DNA of 64,000 nucleotides. Source: Tubiluchus corallicola (Eukaryota > Animalia > Priapulida). The translations under genes were made by a program, and so were the position numbers. Location: assembly GCA_030141605.1 (NCBI GenBank), contig JAQGDQ010001014.1, positions 6,231 to 70,230 of the forward strand, written 5' to 3'. Below are positions 42,201 to 58,450 of the stretch, piece by piece. The notes under the pieces were generated by a model. It worked only from the letters and a program-made list of their open reading frames with translations. It made no database searches and was not told the origin of the DNA. Every line of letters starts with the position of its first letter. Position 1 is the stretch's first letter.

Positions 42201-43145
42201 AAGGAAAACTGAATCCAATCTTAACTGTGGGTCAGAACAATCTACTCTTTAAGACACTGAAAGGAAACATAGTATTTTTTTCAAAAATGACTTACGTGAA
42301 AGAATTATTACCAAACAAACACATATTCCCGCTCGCGTCACTAGTTCTTCTCTGTTACATGCATTTCGCCATTCTCTAGTTAGACGGGCACTAGCGTCTG
42401 CATTTCGGAAAGGCATTTCACAAAAAACAGGTGCTGCACCTCTCACATGTTTTAGTTTGTGTGCATACGTTCGACAACTCATGCGTGAGTACAGCGGCAA
42501 ATTTTAAATTTGAATTTTTATCTTAAAACATGCCTAGTTTTATTACAACACCCCGAAAGTCTTACACTAGCACTGTACTTTAATTTTTGCTTTCGCAAAC
42601 ACGTGCAACGGAATGTTTTTGCTGCTGAAAATCACGTTAGTCTGTGATGTCATCAATAGTTAAGCTCGCCAGCCGTTAATTAAGCTTTTAGTCTGTAATT
42701 TAGTTACCAGAAAAGCTTTTGCAGTATTAATTGTGTTAAAACGTGTACTTTTGATTGTACTTGAAAATGGGGTAGTAATATGAAAAATCATCCTGTCTTC
42801 CTTTAAATTGGCTAAAAATTTATTTTACTCTTCGTATTGGAATAAAACCTGTCATGAAAATAGATGCATAATGTAACGAACGATTCCATGTTTTGTATAA
42901 AAATACAAAATTTGGAGATTTTAACGTGGTTTAAATTCGAATTTACTCCGGAAACAGAAACTGTAATTTATCCCATAAGATTTATTTTTACTTACGTTAA
43001 AAATTGTTCACTACGTTTTCCAAAACTTCAATTGCTTTTCTCAGTTGAGGCGAGAATTAGTTAATAGCTTAATTAACAACAGAATCGTACTACTACTACT
43101 ACTACTACTACTGCTGCTGCTACTGCTTTTGCTACTGCTATTGCT

Positions 43146-43262
<117 letters not shown>

Positions 43263-43272
43263 GCCTTTGCTG

Positions 43273-43343
<71 letters not shown>

Positions 43344-43344
43344 G

Positions 43345-43421
<77 letters not shown>

Positions 43422-43488
43422 GCTACTGCTACTACTGCTGCTGCTACTTACTGCTATTGCTACAACAACAGCAACATTAACAACAACA

Positions 43489-43546
<58 letters not shown>

Positions 43547-43547
43547 T

Positions 43548-43639
<92 letters not shown>

Positions 43640-45706
43640 TTTTTTTTTTTTATAATAATAATAATAATAATATTTTGTATAGCGTCTAAATCTATAGACA
43701 GCTCAACTGACACTATTCAAAGACGCTTCACAAAGATATCTCGCAAAACTGAAAATCGTTGTTGCTTAAGATCCATTCACACGCTCAATATAATTGCCAT
43801 TAGTGCCATGGTCTGTAGGGCAACCAAATTCCGCATCATCAACATAAACTAATGAAATCAAATTTAATGCAAGCTAACGAAACGAAAATTTCATCAATAA
43901 TATTGACAATAATTGTCAATATAATTCACAATTATATTGAGTGGTGATACTACGAATGCACGTTGAATTAAATTTTGCTACAAATTATTTGAATTCCTGC
44001 TTTGGATCCCTGCCAGTTTTGTTCAGGTTCAATTCCAGGCTACAACCTAACTTTTTTACATTTCCTGTTTTTCAAATTTGGCATCAAAATATTAATTAAT
44101 TGTAGCATTTGCAACATTATAAACTACACTCTTGACATTAAGATAACAATAATTAATTTATATTGAGCGATGTATATCACTTAACATATTCCATAAAATT
44201 AGATTATTCAATTCTTCGTCATTTGCTTTGGTACCGATTGAGTAACCTGTTAAATTTAAGATGCTGGTACTTGTAAGTATAAATACAAGATAAGGACAAG
44301 AAAAGGGGTACCTGAAGTAGGTTTCAGCAAAATCAGGCCTTAAAAATTGTGTTACTTTACAGCAATTTTATGCGCATACACACAGATTTACAAAATAGAA
44401 GCATGTATACTTCAAATATTATGTTCTAACTAAAATAAGTGTGTTTTAATCTGTATTTTAAAAGTGTTAATGTTCGAGAGAGTGCTGATATGGATAGAGT
44501 TGGTATGGCAACAGCAAATGACCTATCATCCATAGTGGAACAGGTCCTGCAACAGCAAATGATCTGTCACCCATAGTGGAACAGCGCACTCTAGAAACCT
44601 TAAGCAAAAGACTATCATTTGATCTAAGATTATACCGGCTTGAATTTGTTGGACGAATTACGTCACGAGTGTAATCAGGTACCTCGCCATGAAGTGCCTT
44701 AAATACAAGTAGTAGTATCTTAAATTTAATACGTTGCTTAATCGGTAGCCAACTGAAATGACGAAAAATCAGTGTAATATTGGTACTATGTTAATACAAT
44801 AAAGACAATATCAAAACAATAAAAACAATACTGTACAGTCATACTAATGTCCATTTTTTTCATTTTTAATGACATTATCAAGCATAAGAGCTTCATTTCT
44901 TGACATTTCTTAGCAAAAGTTAGTGAGTAAGTGCTAAAATGTTTTTAGTTCACCATCGTCGAATTTAAGTAGAAATTGGGTAAAACTTTCCGGCATTTGA
45001 AAAAGGTTTACTTTTTTTGTCCACCCTGTATAATGAAAGCTAAACTGTGTAAAAAACCTAAAACCCTCTTTTTCATAATACTAAGTTTTTTATACTGTTT
45101 AGCACTCTAAAATTCGCCTTCAGCAGAAAGGCTCATTTCATGTGAATAACTGTGGCGAGACTGGTACCTTTAGGCAGAGACACTGAACCAGCTGAGGTGC
45201 ACTAGTCATATTTGGTTGTAAATGCATCTTCGTTTTATAAAGTAAACAGCTATAATAAGAATAATAAATGAATTCACTAACCAGGCTTGGCGAAGTTTAA
45301 CTTCAGTCAACTTTAGTTAAACAGACACGATGACCACTCGGCTTTTAAATTCGCTTTAATAAAAGTAGGTAGGTAGGTAGGTAGGTAGGTAGGTAGGTAG
45401 GTAGGTAGGTAGGTAGGTAGGTAGGTAGGTAGGTAGGTAGGTAGATAGATAGGTAGGTAGGTAAGTAGGTAGGCAGGCAGGCAGGCAAGTAGGTAGGTAG
45501 GTAAGTAGGTATGTATGTATGTAGGTAGGTAGGTAGGTAGGTAGGTAGGTAGGTAGGCAGGCAGGCAGGCAGGTAGGTAGGTAGGTATGTATGTATGTAT
45601 GTATGTATGTAGGTAGGTAGGTAGGTAGGTAGGTAGGTAGGTAGGTAGGTAGGTATGTATGTATGTATGTAGGTAGGTAGGTAGGTAGGTAAGTAGGTAG
45701 GTAGGT

Positions 45707-45761
<55 letters not shown>

Positions 45762-48700
45762 CAAGTAGGTAGGTAGGTAGGTAGATTAAATAAGCAAGAA
45801 AGCAAACAAGTAAGTAAATAAACAAACAAGCAAAGTGAAGTGACGTGAATAAGCTCACAGGTTTAGAAAGCGACCCCCATCTCTCAACAAACAAACTCTA
45901 GCAGCCCTAGATTTACTATCACTTTATTAATTAATCACATAGTGCATAGCAATTTCAATGCTAAAGCGTTAAACGTGCCCAAACTGCCCATTTTCCCAAA
46001 CCACTCTGGGCGATTTAAGTAGGTAATCGGTGCGTCTATTGAAAGGTATTTGAAGTTCTCTTGGGCTCACGTTCGAATACGTGATATACGGCTATGTAAG
46101 TGCATTACCGAATGTAAACGTGGCATGCCCTTCGTTAAACACAGTTTAGCAATAGCTTTCAATAACGCAATAGCACCGCTTGATGGGTTTCTATCAATAG
46201 ATATCCCGTATTGCTGAATGGATATCCCGTCTTGCTGAATGTCCTCAAAGCGCCTACATTTGCACTGAACTTTCGAGGGTTATTTGGTTTTTGTTTGCCA
46301 ATGAAGGCTGGCGCATTCATATGCCGTTATATTGACTGTGGTTGCCAAGTGGAATGGGCGAGTGATGGTCTTTTGACACGAGTAGTCGCGATCTTGCAGT
46401 TTTTCATTAGTACAAGCGACAATATTTTCTTATCGGAAATCTGTTGCATGAAAAAGCGAGAAAGAAAAGCCTTTCAAACCTGGCTTCTTTGGCTTCTTTG
46501 CGAGGCGGCGACAATTAACAGAACAGCGTAACACGCTGCCCCGCATACGGCAAACATGGACGGCGGGCGTCCAAAGTTAAAGGAAAACAACATGACTTTT
46601 CATATACTACCCCATTTTCAAGTCTGATAAAAAGTATACAATTAATATTGCAAAGGCGTTTCTGATAATTACATAATAGATTAAAACCTTAATCAACGGT
46701 GGGCCAACCCAACTATTGATGACGTCACAAACTAACATAATTTTCAGCAGCAAAAATATTCCACGAGCGTGTTGCACGTGTTTGTGAAAGCGAAAATTGA
46801 AGTACAGTGCTACTGTGAGGTATTCAATCGTTGTACTAAAATTAGGCAAGTTTTAAGGTAAAAACTCAATTTTCAAATTTACCGCTGTGCTCACGCATGA
46901 GCTGCCGAACCTGTGTAGTTCGTCACAAACTAACACATCTAAACTGAGAGGTACGGCATCTGTTTTTGTGCAATGCATTTCCAAGATACAGACGCTAGTG
47001 CCCGTCTAACAAGCGAATGGTGAAATGCACGTAACATCGAAAAAATAGGTGCGAAATTACGTTTGCGTTGTAATAATTCTTCCACGTAAGTCATTTTTGA
47101 AATAATAGTATGTTTCCTTTCAATATTTTAAAGAGTAAATTGTTTTGACCTACTGATTAAATTGGATGCGGTTTTGCTTTGTTGAGGCTGAGCAGGAAGT
47201 TAAGGCTGAGCAGTGTATGAATGGGTGCCCACCGTGTTCAATACTCGCACTGGGATGTTTCATTCGTCTTGTTTCTGACTATTTACCACGTAGAGGTAGC
47301 ATGCATTCACAGCCAAACGTAACTAAGACACTTCTGCTGATTCAGTGGCTCATGTTGGAGGCTTGTTCTTGGTAATAAGCTAGCTTCCGGTCTTGCCACG
47401 AAATTAACGCTGAATAGTCTCAACTATTGACTGCTCAACTGATGGTTCAGCTGCTCATTATGGAGGCTTAGGTTTTGGTCTCGCCACAAGTATTAACGTT
47501 GATTAGTGTGTGCTGTTGAATGCAGGATTCCACATTGCAATATGCCAAAGTTTGCCACTCAACATTACTGTTTGCTTCATACAAACGTCATACAGGGTGT
47601 ACCATAAGTCACTATACACTTTACGTTTTGTTTCGTGTTTTTAAAAATCAGTTTTCGTTTTTGCAAACACGTGCAACGCGTTCATGGAATGTTTTTGCTG
47701 TTGAAAATTATGTCAATTTGTGATGTCATCAATACTTGGGTTGAACCGTTAAGTAACATTTTAGTCTATTATTTATTTATCAGAAACCACTCTAGGTGCT
47801 AAAATATATATATATATATATATATATATAATACTTTTTACTGTACTTCAAAATGGGACAGGATGTGAAAATTATACTGTTTTTCTTTAAGTCTGAGTAA
47901 TAACTTTAGTCTCTTCTCTTGCTTTTACCATTTTCACATCATCAAATCTTAAACGTTCGCCATGACTCGTTCACATATTAACCGCGCATTCTCCTGACTC
48001 ATTTTTCTCATTAAACTTGCGCCTTTCAAGAGTGCTGCTGGCTGCATGCATGGTTAACGGTGTTTAATGCTCTTATTAACTGCCATAGTTCATTCACAGT
48101 CACGAATGTGGCGCCTCTATGCGGCGGGGACCCGAAAACATTAACGAAAACCAAAGTGATCAGTTTTACGATCGCTGACGGAAGCACAAGACGCGCGTCT
48201 ATACGTGGCATTTTCCTATACATATCGCCCCAAACAAGCCAAATGGCACTCAAGGTATAAGCTATACATTATATAATGCTAAATCTTTGTTTCTCAATTT
48301 AAAACAGACGAAAACAATAAAATTATTGCATATTTATCCTTCAGTGACATCAGGGCTGAATTCTGGCCTTTAGAGTCCCTAAGCCAATGAAATTATGGGA
48401 CCCCCTCAGACGGAACCACACTCTAACTTGCCCATACCTGTCTTGAACATTATTGAATATTTTTACCCGTAAATATTTTAGCGGCCTTTGCGTACCTTAT
48501 TACAAAGTAAACTTATTACAAATTCTTTAAATAAACTAGAATAGCTTCTTTTGTTTGTCAATCAAAACGCTCATTAAGAAATGTTGTTATTTACTAATTA
48601 TTGCAAACCAAATTAGCACATATTTCAGTACAACCACAGTGAACTTCGGACGTTATCAAAGCTTGAGGTCCCCAACCTTGTGTGGCTCGAGGCTGCCTCC

Positions 48701-51700
48701 TATACTAGCCTATATCTAATTCAGCCTCGAGCGACAATGGTTTAAAACCTACATTACTTAAAGGAAAACCGGACGATTGTTTAGATTGAATGTCATTATA
48801 ATTTACTGTCCAAAATATACATTTTCTTGTCTATAAAAGTTAGCAATTGCTCAAAATATACATTTCCTTGTCTATAAAAGTTAGCAATTGTTCAAAATAT
48901 ACATTTTCTTGTCTATAAAAGTTAGCAATTGCTCAAAATATACATTTCCTTGTCTATAAAAGTTAGCAATTGTTCAAAATATACATGTCCTTGTCTATAA
49001 AAGTTAGCAATTGTTCAAAATCTACCTTATCTTGTCTATAAAAGTTAGCAATTGCTCAAAATATACATTTCCTTGTCTATAAAAGTTAGCAATTGTTCAA
49101 AATATACATTTCCTTGTCTATAAAAGTTAGCAATTGCTCAAAATATACATTTTCTTGTCTATAAAAGTTAGCAATTGCTCAAAATATACATTTCCTTGTC
49201 TATAAAAGTTAGCAATTGTTCAAAATATACATGTCCTTGTCTATAAAAGTTAGCATTTGTTCAAAATCTACCTTATCTTGTCTATAAAAGTTAGCAATTG
49301 CTTCTTATATTTGTATAATTAGCTTAGAAAGTTAATTAACGGCTACCGAACACAGCCATTGCTTACGTCAGAAACTAACCACAGTTTGCACAATGGCAGG
49401 CATTTTCACTTGCACGTCAAGCACGTTTGCGTAAGTGTTACTGCTTAAACGGGTGATGTCATGAAAATGGGGTCTACGTCATATCACGTCAGAAACTAAC
49501 ACTGCAGTTCATGATCATGGTTATCATGGTACTGCCTTTTATTTGTCGGCCATGCGAATGAGATAAAAAGGCGCCGTTGCCAATCTTAGTAGATTCACTG
49601 AGCCGCGCGTAGCTTAGAAAGTTTAACGAAATTTGAGTATCCGAGGTAATTATTATTTAATTTAAGCTTTGATATAAAAAAGCTTTTGTTCGGTTGTTCT
49701 TTAATGGTGAAGTCAATTGATGCAAAAAACACAAGTGCAAATTAAAATATTAAAATTCGATGTAAAATTAAAAATGCACGCAGTTAGACTCATCACCAGA
49801 GATCTTGTACAATATCAGTTCACATAAAATAATCAAAAATACAATACACAGTTAGTACACAATAGTTTAAGTAAGTTTTTCTCAGAGCTACATTTGAAAT
49901 AAAGAACAAAATTGACTGTGATACAACAAAGTTTAATTTGTGTATCAAAATGAAAAAAAACTTTAGATTGAATAAAATTATGCTAAAATTATTCTTTCAT
50001 CAGTAAGGATAAAGGGTTACAGAGAAAAGTAAAAATATGAATATATGTCCAGAGAAATAAAATGCATACTACTAATATGCTTTTGATAGTAGGCGGCGCT
50101 GCTTCTAACCAAGAGCACCTGTTGGTGCTCTTCTTGAATTGAGTGAGATTGTAGTTTTCAGGGAAACAACTTTTTGGTAGAGAATTCCAGAGATAAGAAA
50201 CCCGAGAAAAAAAGAGATGCTGTCATTTTTCTGCGGTTAACGACTTCAATACGTTTGTTAGATAGGCCTGTGTAGTATGTATACATGCCGAAAACAGCTT
50301 ATAATCAAGAGACATATAGGATTGTAATCAATAATGCGCGAACATTCTACATAATTTCTGTTTACTGCATGTTTTACTCGCTTCTTTAACGATAGTAATA
50401 CGTTGATCAAAAGACAAAGCATACTTACATACGGAAGGCAGTTTATGAGCGAAGAATACATAAAATTGTAATCAATAATGCTCAAACATTCTACAAAGTA
50501 CCTGTTTATTATTCTTGTCCCTTTGTATGTTCCATCAATAAGACAGGCTATAATCCGTCAATTGTAACATTATAGTGTTCAGCACTATACATACAGTCTT
50601 GTTTCCTCAAGCAGCACATATGTAGCACATGGGACATGGCTATTATTCATCGATATTCTTTATTGCTGAACACATGTGTAGAGAGCTTATAAATTCTGAT
50701 GTTAATGACACCTTATAAAATCGAGCTTAATTAAATTCAATAATAAAATTTCTTCAGGACAAGTAGTAGCGTTTCGCGAATTCTTGGTTATAGTAAACGT
50801 TTATATGACGTCATACAACGTGGCTGGAATTAATTTATGTGATAGAAGCTCATGAAGCCACTGTGACATGCTTTCAGCCGGTCACGTGACACCCAAAACC
50901 GCTAGTCATATTTATAAGGGCAAACAGGGCTTTATCCCATATCATTTTGCAACATCTTGTTACACTACATTCATTTAATTTCTTTGATGCTTGCTCATAT
51001 CCATTAAATATAGCTGTGTCATCAGCATCCTAGGTTATTTTAATATTATGTTGAAGAAATTAATATTATTTATATAAATGAGAAATAATAGAGGCCCAAG
51101 GATCAAACCTTGAGGTACTCCATAGCTAACTGTTTCCTCAGAGGTAATTGTGACATTACATCTGACAGATCTATAATAATTACCAGAAAGATGTTTAAAA
51201 ACGTAATTAAGTGATAACGTCACAAGTGGGGAAACCATTCCAACAGGAGAAACCTTTGATGGGCATTTTTGCACGTGTCTGCGTTGTTGTGTGACACTAG
51301 CGAAGAAACATAAAAATTGGCCTTTTAAGGCCAAAATTTCAAATTTCAATTTTCATTGCTGGATATGATATAATGAGGTTGTCATGACGTTATAAATTAT
51401 TTGTGTTTTCTATTAGGGAGATGAAGGGTTTTTAGAAAAGCAGATGCAAAAACAGGCGCCCATCTAAACATCAAGGACTAAGAGCGTGCAATAATGAAAA
51501 ACTGTATCGGTTAATGACTTTGCCATGACAGAGAATGTCTTGGGTTCGAGTCCCAATATAGTGAAAATTTTGCGAGTTTCAAATTTAACATGGTTTCATG
51601 AATTTACCTGATTAATACTATTGCGCTGAATTAGAATTTACTCATTTTATGAATTAAATGCCACAATCATTGCGTTTAACTTCCAAATTATTTGTTCTTG

Positions 51701-53366
51701 CCAGTGTTATAGTTTCTTGCCACAATATGGCGCTTGAACTCAGAAATTTTCACGAAGGAGTTAGTCAACATACACTTAATTTTGTTGGTATAAGTGTATT
51801 AGTAACAACAAATAAACATACAAACTAATAAACAAACAAACAAACGAACGAACGAACGAACAAACAAACAAACAAAAAACTTTAACATCATTATTACGCG
51901 TACATTAATAATGTGGACGGAGCTTTGCTAGAAGTGAAGTTCTTGGTTATAAATTGCATATGTGGAACCTAAACAAACTGCAATGCAGAAACACTTAGGT
52001 TGTCTGGTTGGCTTGTCGTATCAAAAGTAAATTGATTTCATTTATCCATTGTAATTATCGTCCTATTAAACGAAAATAAAAACGAAATTAACCATTTCTA
52101 TGTAACTCTGTGGGCGGAGTTTTGCTAACACGAACATTGAAGAAGTGAGCTCTATGAGGCGGCTGACAGCTATAGTATCTGTGTAAAACCTAACGAGTGT
52201 GCTAAAAATAACCTACAACCTACGAGTCCCGTTAATTCAAATCAGTTAGTCATATATTTTCAAAGCAGAAGCTTAGCCTTGCTTACTGCATCTGTTCAAC
52301 ATACACATATAACATTCAATTTTTTAATTTGAAAACGACGGTAACGGTACGAATTTCCGGCGTAATGTCATTCCAAATATATGTTACATTTTATATTTTT
52401 ATATAGTATTTTATAGAAAAATTGCAATAAATTATAGAAAAAGTGACAGCGGAATGTAGCAGAGTGACTAATATCTCTGTGTTATATGTATGAGTTTTAT
52501 GTATGAATATGAAAATTTAAATTAAAAATTAAATTCAGAATAATGACGGAGGCAGGTTGTACACAAATATGGCTGTCTGAATATTATTAAAATTATAATT
52601 GTTTAAACATCTCAGTTGTAAAAAGAGTGGAGTGAAGCAGCATGTTTAAAGTAAAGCAATACTTTGTAAATGCTAAGCTAAGTACATAAAATTCATAACA
52701 TATAATATGTTGCTTACGTTACGTAGCTGTATTGGAGATATATCCAATATTAGGCCTACACACAGCACAGCGTGGTGCTATAGGCCTATATTTTTTTACC
52801 TTTTTTCTTTCTTTTTTTGCTATTCACATGTATATTCCTAGTCTCTTTACAGATATATGTTATAACTTCCATAAAACAAAAAGTTGATAACTATTACTTC
52901 TCTTAAAGTTGCTGATTTAAATTTCGTCTCACAATGTTTAGCTAATCTGATAACCATGATTCATTTTAAATTTTATCTTGCAAAAGTTGTTTTTCTGAAC
53001 ATTAAAATTTTCTCTTTGATATGATTTTGTGTTTTGGACCACATATAATTATGCTTCTTGTTTGACTATATTTAGGAACGACTTGTTTTTGGTTTTTTGT
53101 TTTTGCTGTTGTTGTATTTTTGTTTTTTGTGTTTATGGACGTTTGTGTATTTTTTAATAGTTGTGTTCTGCTTTCATTAGCGTCTTTTTGTTTACTGTCT
53201 TTCTGAGAAGGGTAGTTGACTTGCTAACCTTTGATTTTTCGCCACCATTTCTCTCATGTTCATTTGTATTTTTGTATATATTATTGTTAAATTAATGTAA
53301 ATTTATGGTGAAAAATAAAAAATTACTTACTTTACTTATTTACTTACTTACTTACTTACTTTCTTT

Positions 53367-53462
<96 letters not shown>

Positions 53463-55988
53463 TTTACTTATTATAAAAATTGTCGATCTAAATACGATTA
53501 ATGGTAAAAGATGCTCAACTTACAAAATCGCGTGTTTTCGGGAATTTCTGTAAAAACCAAAAGGCTCGCCATTTAAAAGCAAACTCCTTTCAATTGCTCC
53601 TGAGAATTCTACATGTGGTTCAGGGTCTGCTGCCACTGTCTACTGTGTTGTACTAACACACCACTACTAATCGAAGCAATTATTATAATCCTTCTTGTCA
53701 ACTTTGCCTCAAATGTTCTATTAGAGCAACGCTTTCACCAATTTTAAGTCTTAATTCGGCAATATATTACATGTAAATAAAAAGGCTGCAAAAATTCTGA
53801 GAAAGTGTGTAGGAAATTCAAAATGGCCGCTACAATGTCACCAAATAGTCATTTTACTGATTACTTTGAATTGTTTTCCATATTTATATAATAATTATAT
53901 ACAATTATATAGACATCGAATAATATAATGAATGTGAAACATAATAGCAGCAGAAACATTGAAAAAAAGCAAAAAGATGGGGAAATTGCAGCGTCATAAT
54001 TCAAATTAGTTTGACCAATCAGTTTTCATTTGAGGCGCATTATGGTCACGTGCTTATATGCGTCATTTTGCTTTTCATGAGTTCGGGTCATACAGTCATT
54101 TTTCGTGAGAGTAGTTACTCACATAAACAGTCATTTTATTGAGTACGGCCATTCACATATACACTCTTTTTCTTGAATACAGTTACTTACAGATACAGTT
54201 TTTCTCGTTTACTGCAGGATTTCACAGGTCAATTTCACAGTCAAAACCAGATAATTTTCTAAAAATTTCCTATTTTTCTCGAAATCCCAAGCGGCAAAAA
54301 AGTTCATTTCACAGTGAAAGCACCGCGGTTTTTTCCCCCGCGTCCAGTTAGCAACTTTACGAGTTTTATGCTGTATAATCATATCTAAATTAAGTTATAC
54401 TTGCTGTATTCCTCATCTACGAAGTATAATTGATAATGTTAGTCAATGTAATGTCAGTAACCTGTTTGTTTTTAGTAAAGTTCTACTAACCATTTCAAAA
54501 TAAGTATTCGCGTGCGTTATTTTTCTTTTTCAAAAGCATAGCATCAATGTTGCATTAACCCTTTCATACCCGTTGTATCCCGTGGGATACGAGAAAATTT
54601 TCTGCCTTTAAAATTAATAAAATTTTAAAACTGACAGTTATTTGATCTGTTAATAGTTATTTTGATTTAAGCAAATAACAATAGACTAAAAATGGTGATA
54701 AAATGGCAAACTAGAAAATCTACATAGCATAAAAAACTGCGCAAGGTACAGTAGTTTAGAGACGACTTTGTACAGATCAGCATAGCGTGCATAATTAAAT
54801 GTCTTAAATACTTTAAAAAATTATCAGCATTTGCAAAATGAAGCACATTTTTTGCTTTTGTTGTGTTTTTAAAAAAGTCGGACTTTGTTTTTTTGCATAT
54901 GGCAAAGAATGCTGTGTATCCCACAGGATACATTGGGAACAAAAGTACCAAGCTAAAAAAATTTTCCTTATTAAAAAAATAATTTGGGACTGAAAGGGTT
55001 AATAAAACATAAAATCATCGGTCTGTTAAAAGACAGATCGAGTCTTATAATTTTATGCTGCAAAGTGTTAATTCTTGTTTGTTAAATAAGAAAGAAGGAT
55101 TCCTCACGAAAATGGAACTTGTAGTGCTTCTACCAAGTGGCAAAATTTTCTCACGAGGAGGATGCATAACTTCTAGCTGGCAGCAGAATTTTTCACGAGA
55201 AACTGCACAAGGAATTTTGCCGCGGGTCTTCACTGTGAAATGCCCCCATAGAAAACAATGAGTTCCATTTTCGTGAGGAACGCCGCAAGGAATTTCTCCT
55301 CGAGAAATTTTGCCGCGCGTCCTGAGTGTGAAATGGGCCTAAGACGTTGGCAAGTAACCCGCGCGATTTGCTGACACTTTCTTTGCTAAAAAGGCCGCTA
55401 CAAATGCAATATCTGTGATGACAAATTAAATTTATACATTTCTAGAGTTATGGAAAAATAACGAACGTTATTTACAGCGAAAATAGGAAAAATTTAAGGC
55501 TAGTAAACAAAGAAGAAAGAAAATAAACAACAAAACAAGATCTGTAGAAGCGCCGCATAGGAAAGAAAATAAATACAGAAAACGAACTCTTTGTGCTAAA
55601 ATTTGTCAACAAAATTAAGCCATTAGTTAGTCTGTTTTGGATGTTTGCCAGAAAATTTAATAGCAAGATGAACACCACCTGTTACAGCAGGTTTTCGTTG
55701 TGCTTAAAGGCTTTAAAGCATTAATTTTCTGATTTCTTTTGAATGCCAGATGAACAGATGTAAAAAAAAATCAAAAAGGATTTCAAAATTTAAAGGAAAG
55801 GTCAAGCCTTCTAGGAGGTCAGGCTTATTTCAATGCTTACGAAATATGTTAATCCACCATTCTGCCTCTTTTTTCTGTCTCTCTCTTTCTCCTCTTTCAC
55901 TCTCTTTCTGTCCAGTTTGGTCTCTCTCCTCCCGTTTTTCTCTCTTTCTTTCTCTCTCGCTCTCTCTCTCTCTTTTTCTCGCTCTCCC

Positions 55989-56024
<36 letters not shown>

Positions 56025-56054
56025 CTCCTCTCTCTCTTTCTCTCTCTTTCTCCG

Positions 56055-56164
<110 letters not shown>

Positions 56165-58450
56165 CAATTCAAGTGGTTCAGTGCACTTCTTTCAAAGTGC
56201 GACTTAGAAATCTCTCGAGTAATGGGAATTCTCGTTTAAACATGGCGGCAATCATTCGTAAGACAAAAGCAACATAAGCTCAGTTAAAATGATTTAATAA
56301 TAAAACTGCAATTAGCACCTCGTGCTTGCGTGCTTCCATTTTCAATGCCCAGTCTTCTTCCAATGACGTCATTCGTGTTGAAGAAAAGTTGTACACTGTC
56401 AATATTCATTAAAAGTATAACAATTTTTTTTGCTAATTTTGTAATATTTTTACGTGAACGTTAGGTAAGCTGCAGAAGTTTTATTCAGTTTAAGCTGCGC
56501 GCGTTTACGCGCTTACGAAAACTCACGAAGTCTCCCAGTTACGTCATAAATTTCAAGTGAATGGCGGCAACCATCACGCCTGAAAATTTGTATTCAGAGG
56601 TAGTACATTTCAAATTTAGTACTTATAGACAGTTTTTTTTTTACAAATTTCTTTGTTATATTTTTCTCAGTTTAACTGATACCAGCAAAATAAACTCAAT
56701 ATGCTGAATGGTTTGTTTTTCTCCTTTAATCCTAGTGTTAAAATCGAAGCATGGATTGGAACTATCCTGTTATGAAGGAAATCTTTCATTGACTCCTTTG
56801 TAAATATTGTAATAGGAAATTTTATTATTAACATAATTATGTTGTAATATAAAAATACTTTAAATAATTTGCAAAACTTAGCTCATTTTTTCTGTATGGA
56901 AATTTTTAATGCTATAAAATTCATTTATAAACTAAGCATAGATGTGCTCACATAGAGGTAAATATCCTCAATAATCATTATCACAAATAGTAGCTCTTGG
57001 TTAATTAATGATTTTGCATCTAGAGAAAATGGTTTTAATGGCGGCAAGTGTTAACTCAAACAGGGGCGTCGTTCACCAAAAAAAATTAGGGGGCCTGACT
57101 GCATATAATGGCCGAACTTAACTGTTTAAAAAACGTATAATTTTGAACTCCCACACCAGTATTTTGCGTGCAAGAAAAACGATTTATTTATTCCCAACTG
57201 GCATTTAACTTAAAGCTACAGAAATTGAATTAAAATTAAAAATTACTTGACTGTTGATAATGACTAAATTTTTTCTAAGTGTAAGGAGACGCACCACAAT
57301 TTAATCAGAGAGAATCGGCTTTCTAATCCAGCTAACACTGCAAGTGTTTATATAGGAAAGGGGGAAGCAATATCATTGGTCCAGTGCAAGGGGCCAATGG
57401 CCAATTACCTGGCAGCATAGTCACGAGAGCACGAGAGCAGAAGATAATCAATGCAACAATTAGACATTAGATTCAATCAATAATCATACCGATGTGTATA
57501 TATAATCGCATATCATGCCTACAGTGGGAGATTTTACCGTTCCTCAAAATTTTACACCTTATTGGTCTTATTACAAGCCGCCGAAACCCTTAAAATTTTT
57601 AACATTTTATAAACAATGGGGGGGGGGTAGGCCCCTCGGGCCCCCATAGCACGACGCCACTGAACTGAAATATGGAGAGAGAAGAATTTATCGTGACTTG
57701 CGTTTTGGATGGAAACGGAAAACAAACAAAATCTTTGCAATTAAACACATTTAGATCTACCATCTTCACTGATCGAAGGCCCTCTGACATAGTTGCCAAG
57801 TCAAGTAGGTAGACAGTTAATGATGAACAAAACGAGGCCTAATTTGACTGACTGTTAAACTTTACAATACAAAACTGCGCGTGACGTTTGAAACCAATCC
57901 AGAATGCGAAGCACTGGGTTATAAGCTTATTTAGTTTTTTCTAGCCAGCTTTCAGGATAAATTCAATATTCATGAACATGGCATTTAAAATGCCATGTAT
58001 CCTTGCTATGGATCTGTTTCCTTGTAGAATTCTAGAATACAGAGTAATTATATAGTGACGCCACAATATAAAAACTGGTTAAAAACTTTTCACATGAACA
58101 ATAAGAAGGAAAAGTGACTGGCGTCAAGGCGAAATAGACGGCTTTATAAAGTTACGTCACAAGCTAGAACCCAAAAACCACTCAAAAAAGGAAAAGGAAG
58201 CTGCCTCAACCATCATTAACAGTAAACACTAAAACTCAACAATAGCCACTAGCAGCCAACAACTATTTAACAGCAATGTGCATTCTTCCCACATAGTGTT
58301 CAACACAACGAAAAAATAATCTACTTGTGTAGTTCAGTTTCAACTAAGAGATAAACAAGATCTCGACTGGCTTTACACAAAATTTAATTTTCAAAAAACA
58401 TAAAGACCCATGACAAGAAACGTTATGATGCATTAAGTGATGCATGTTCT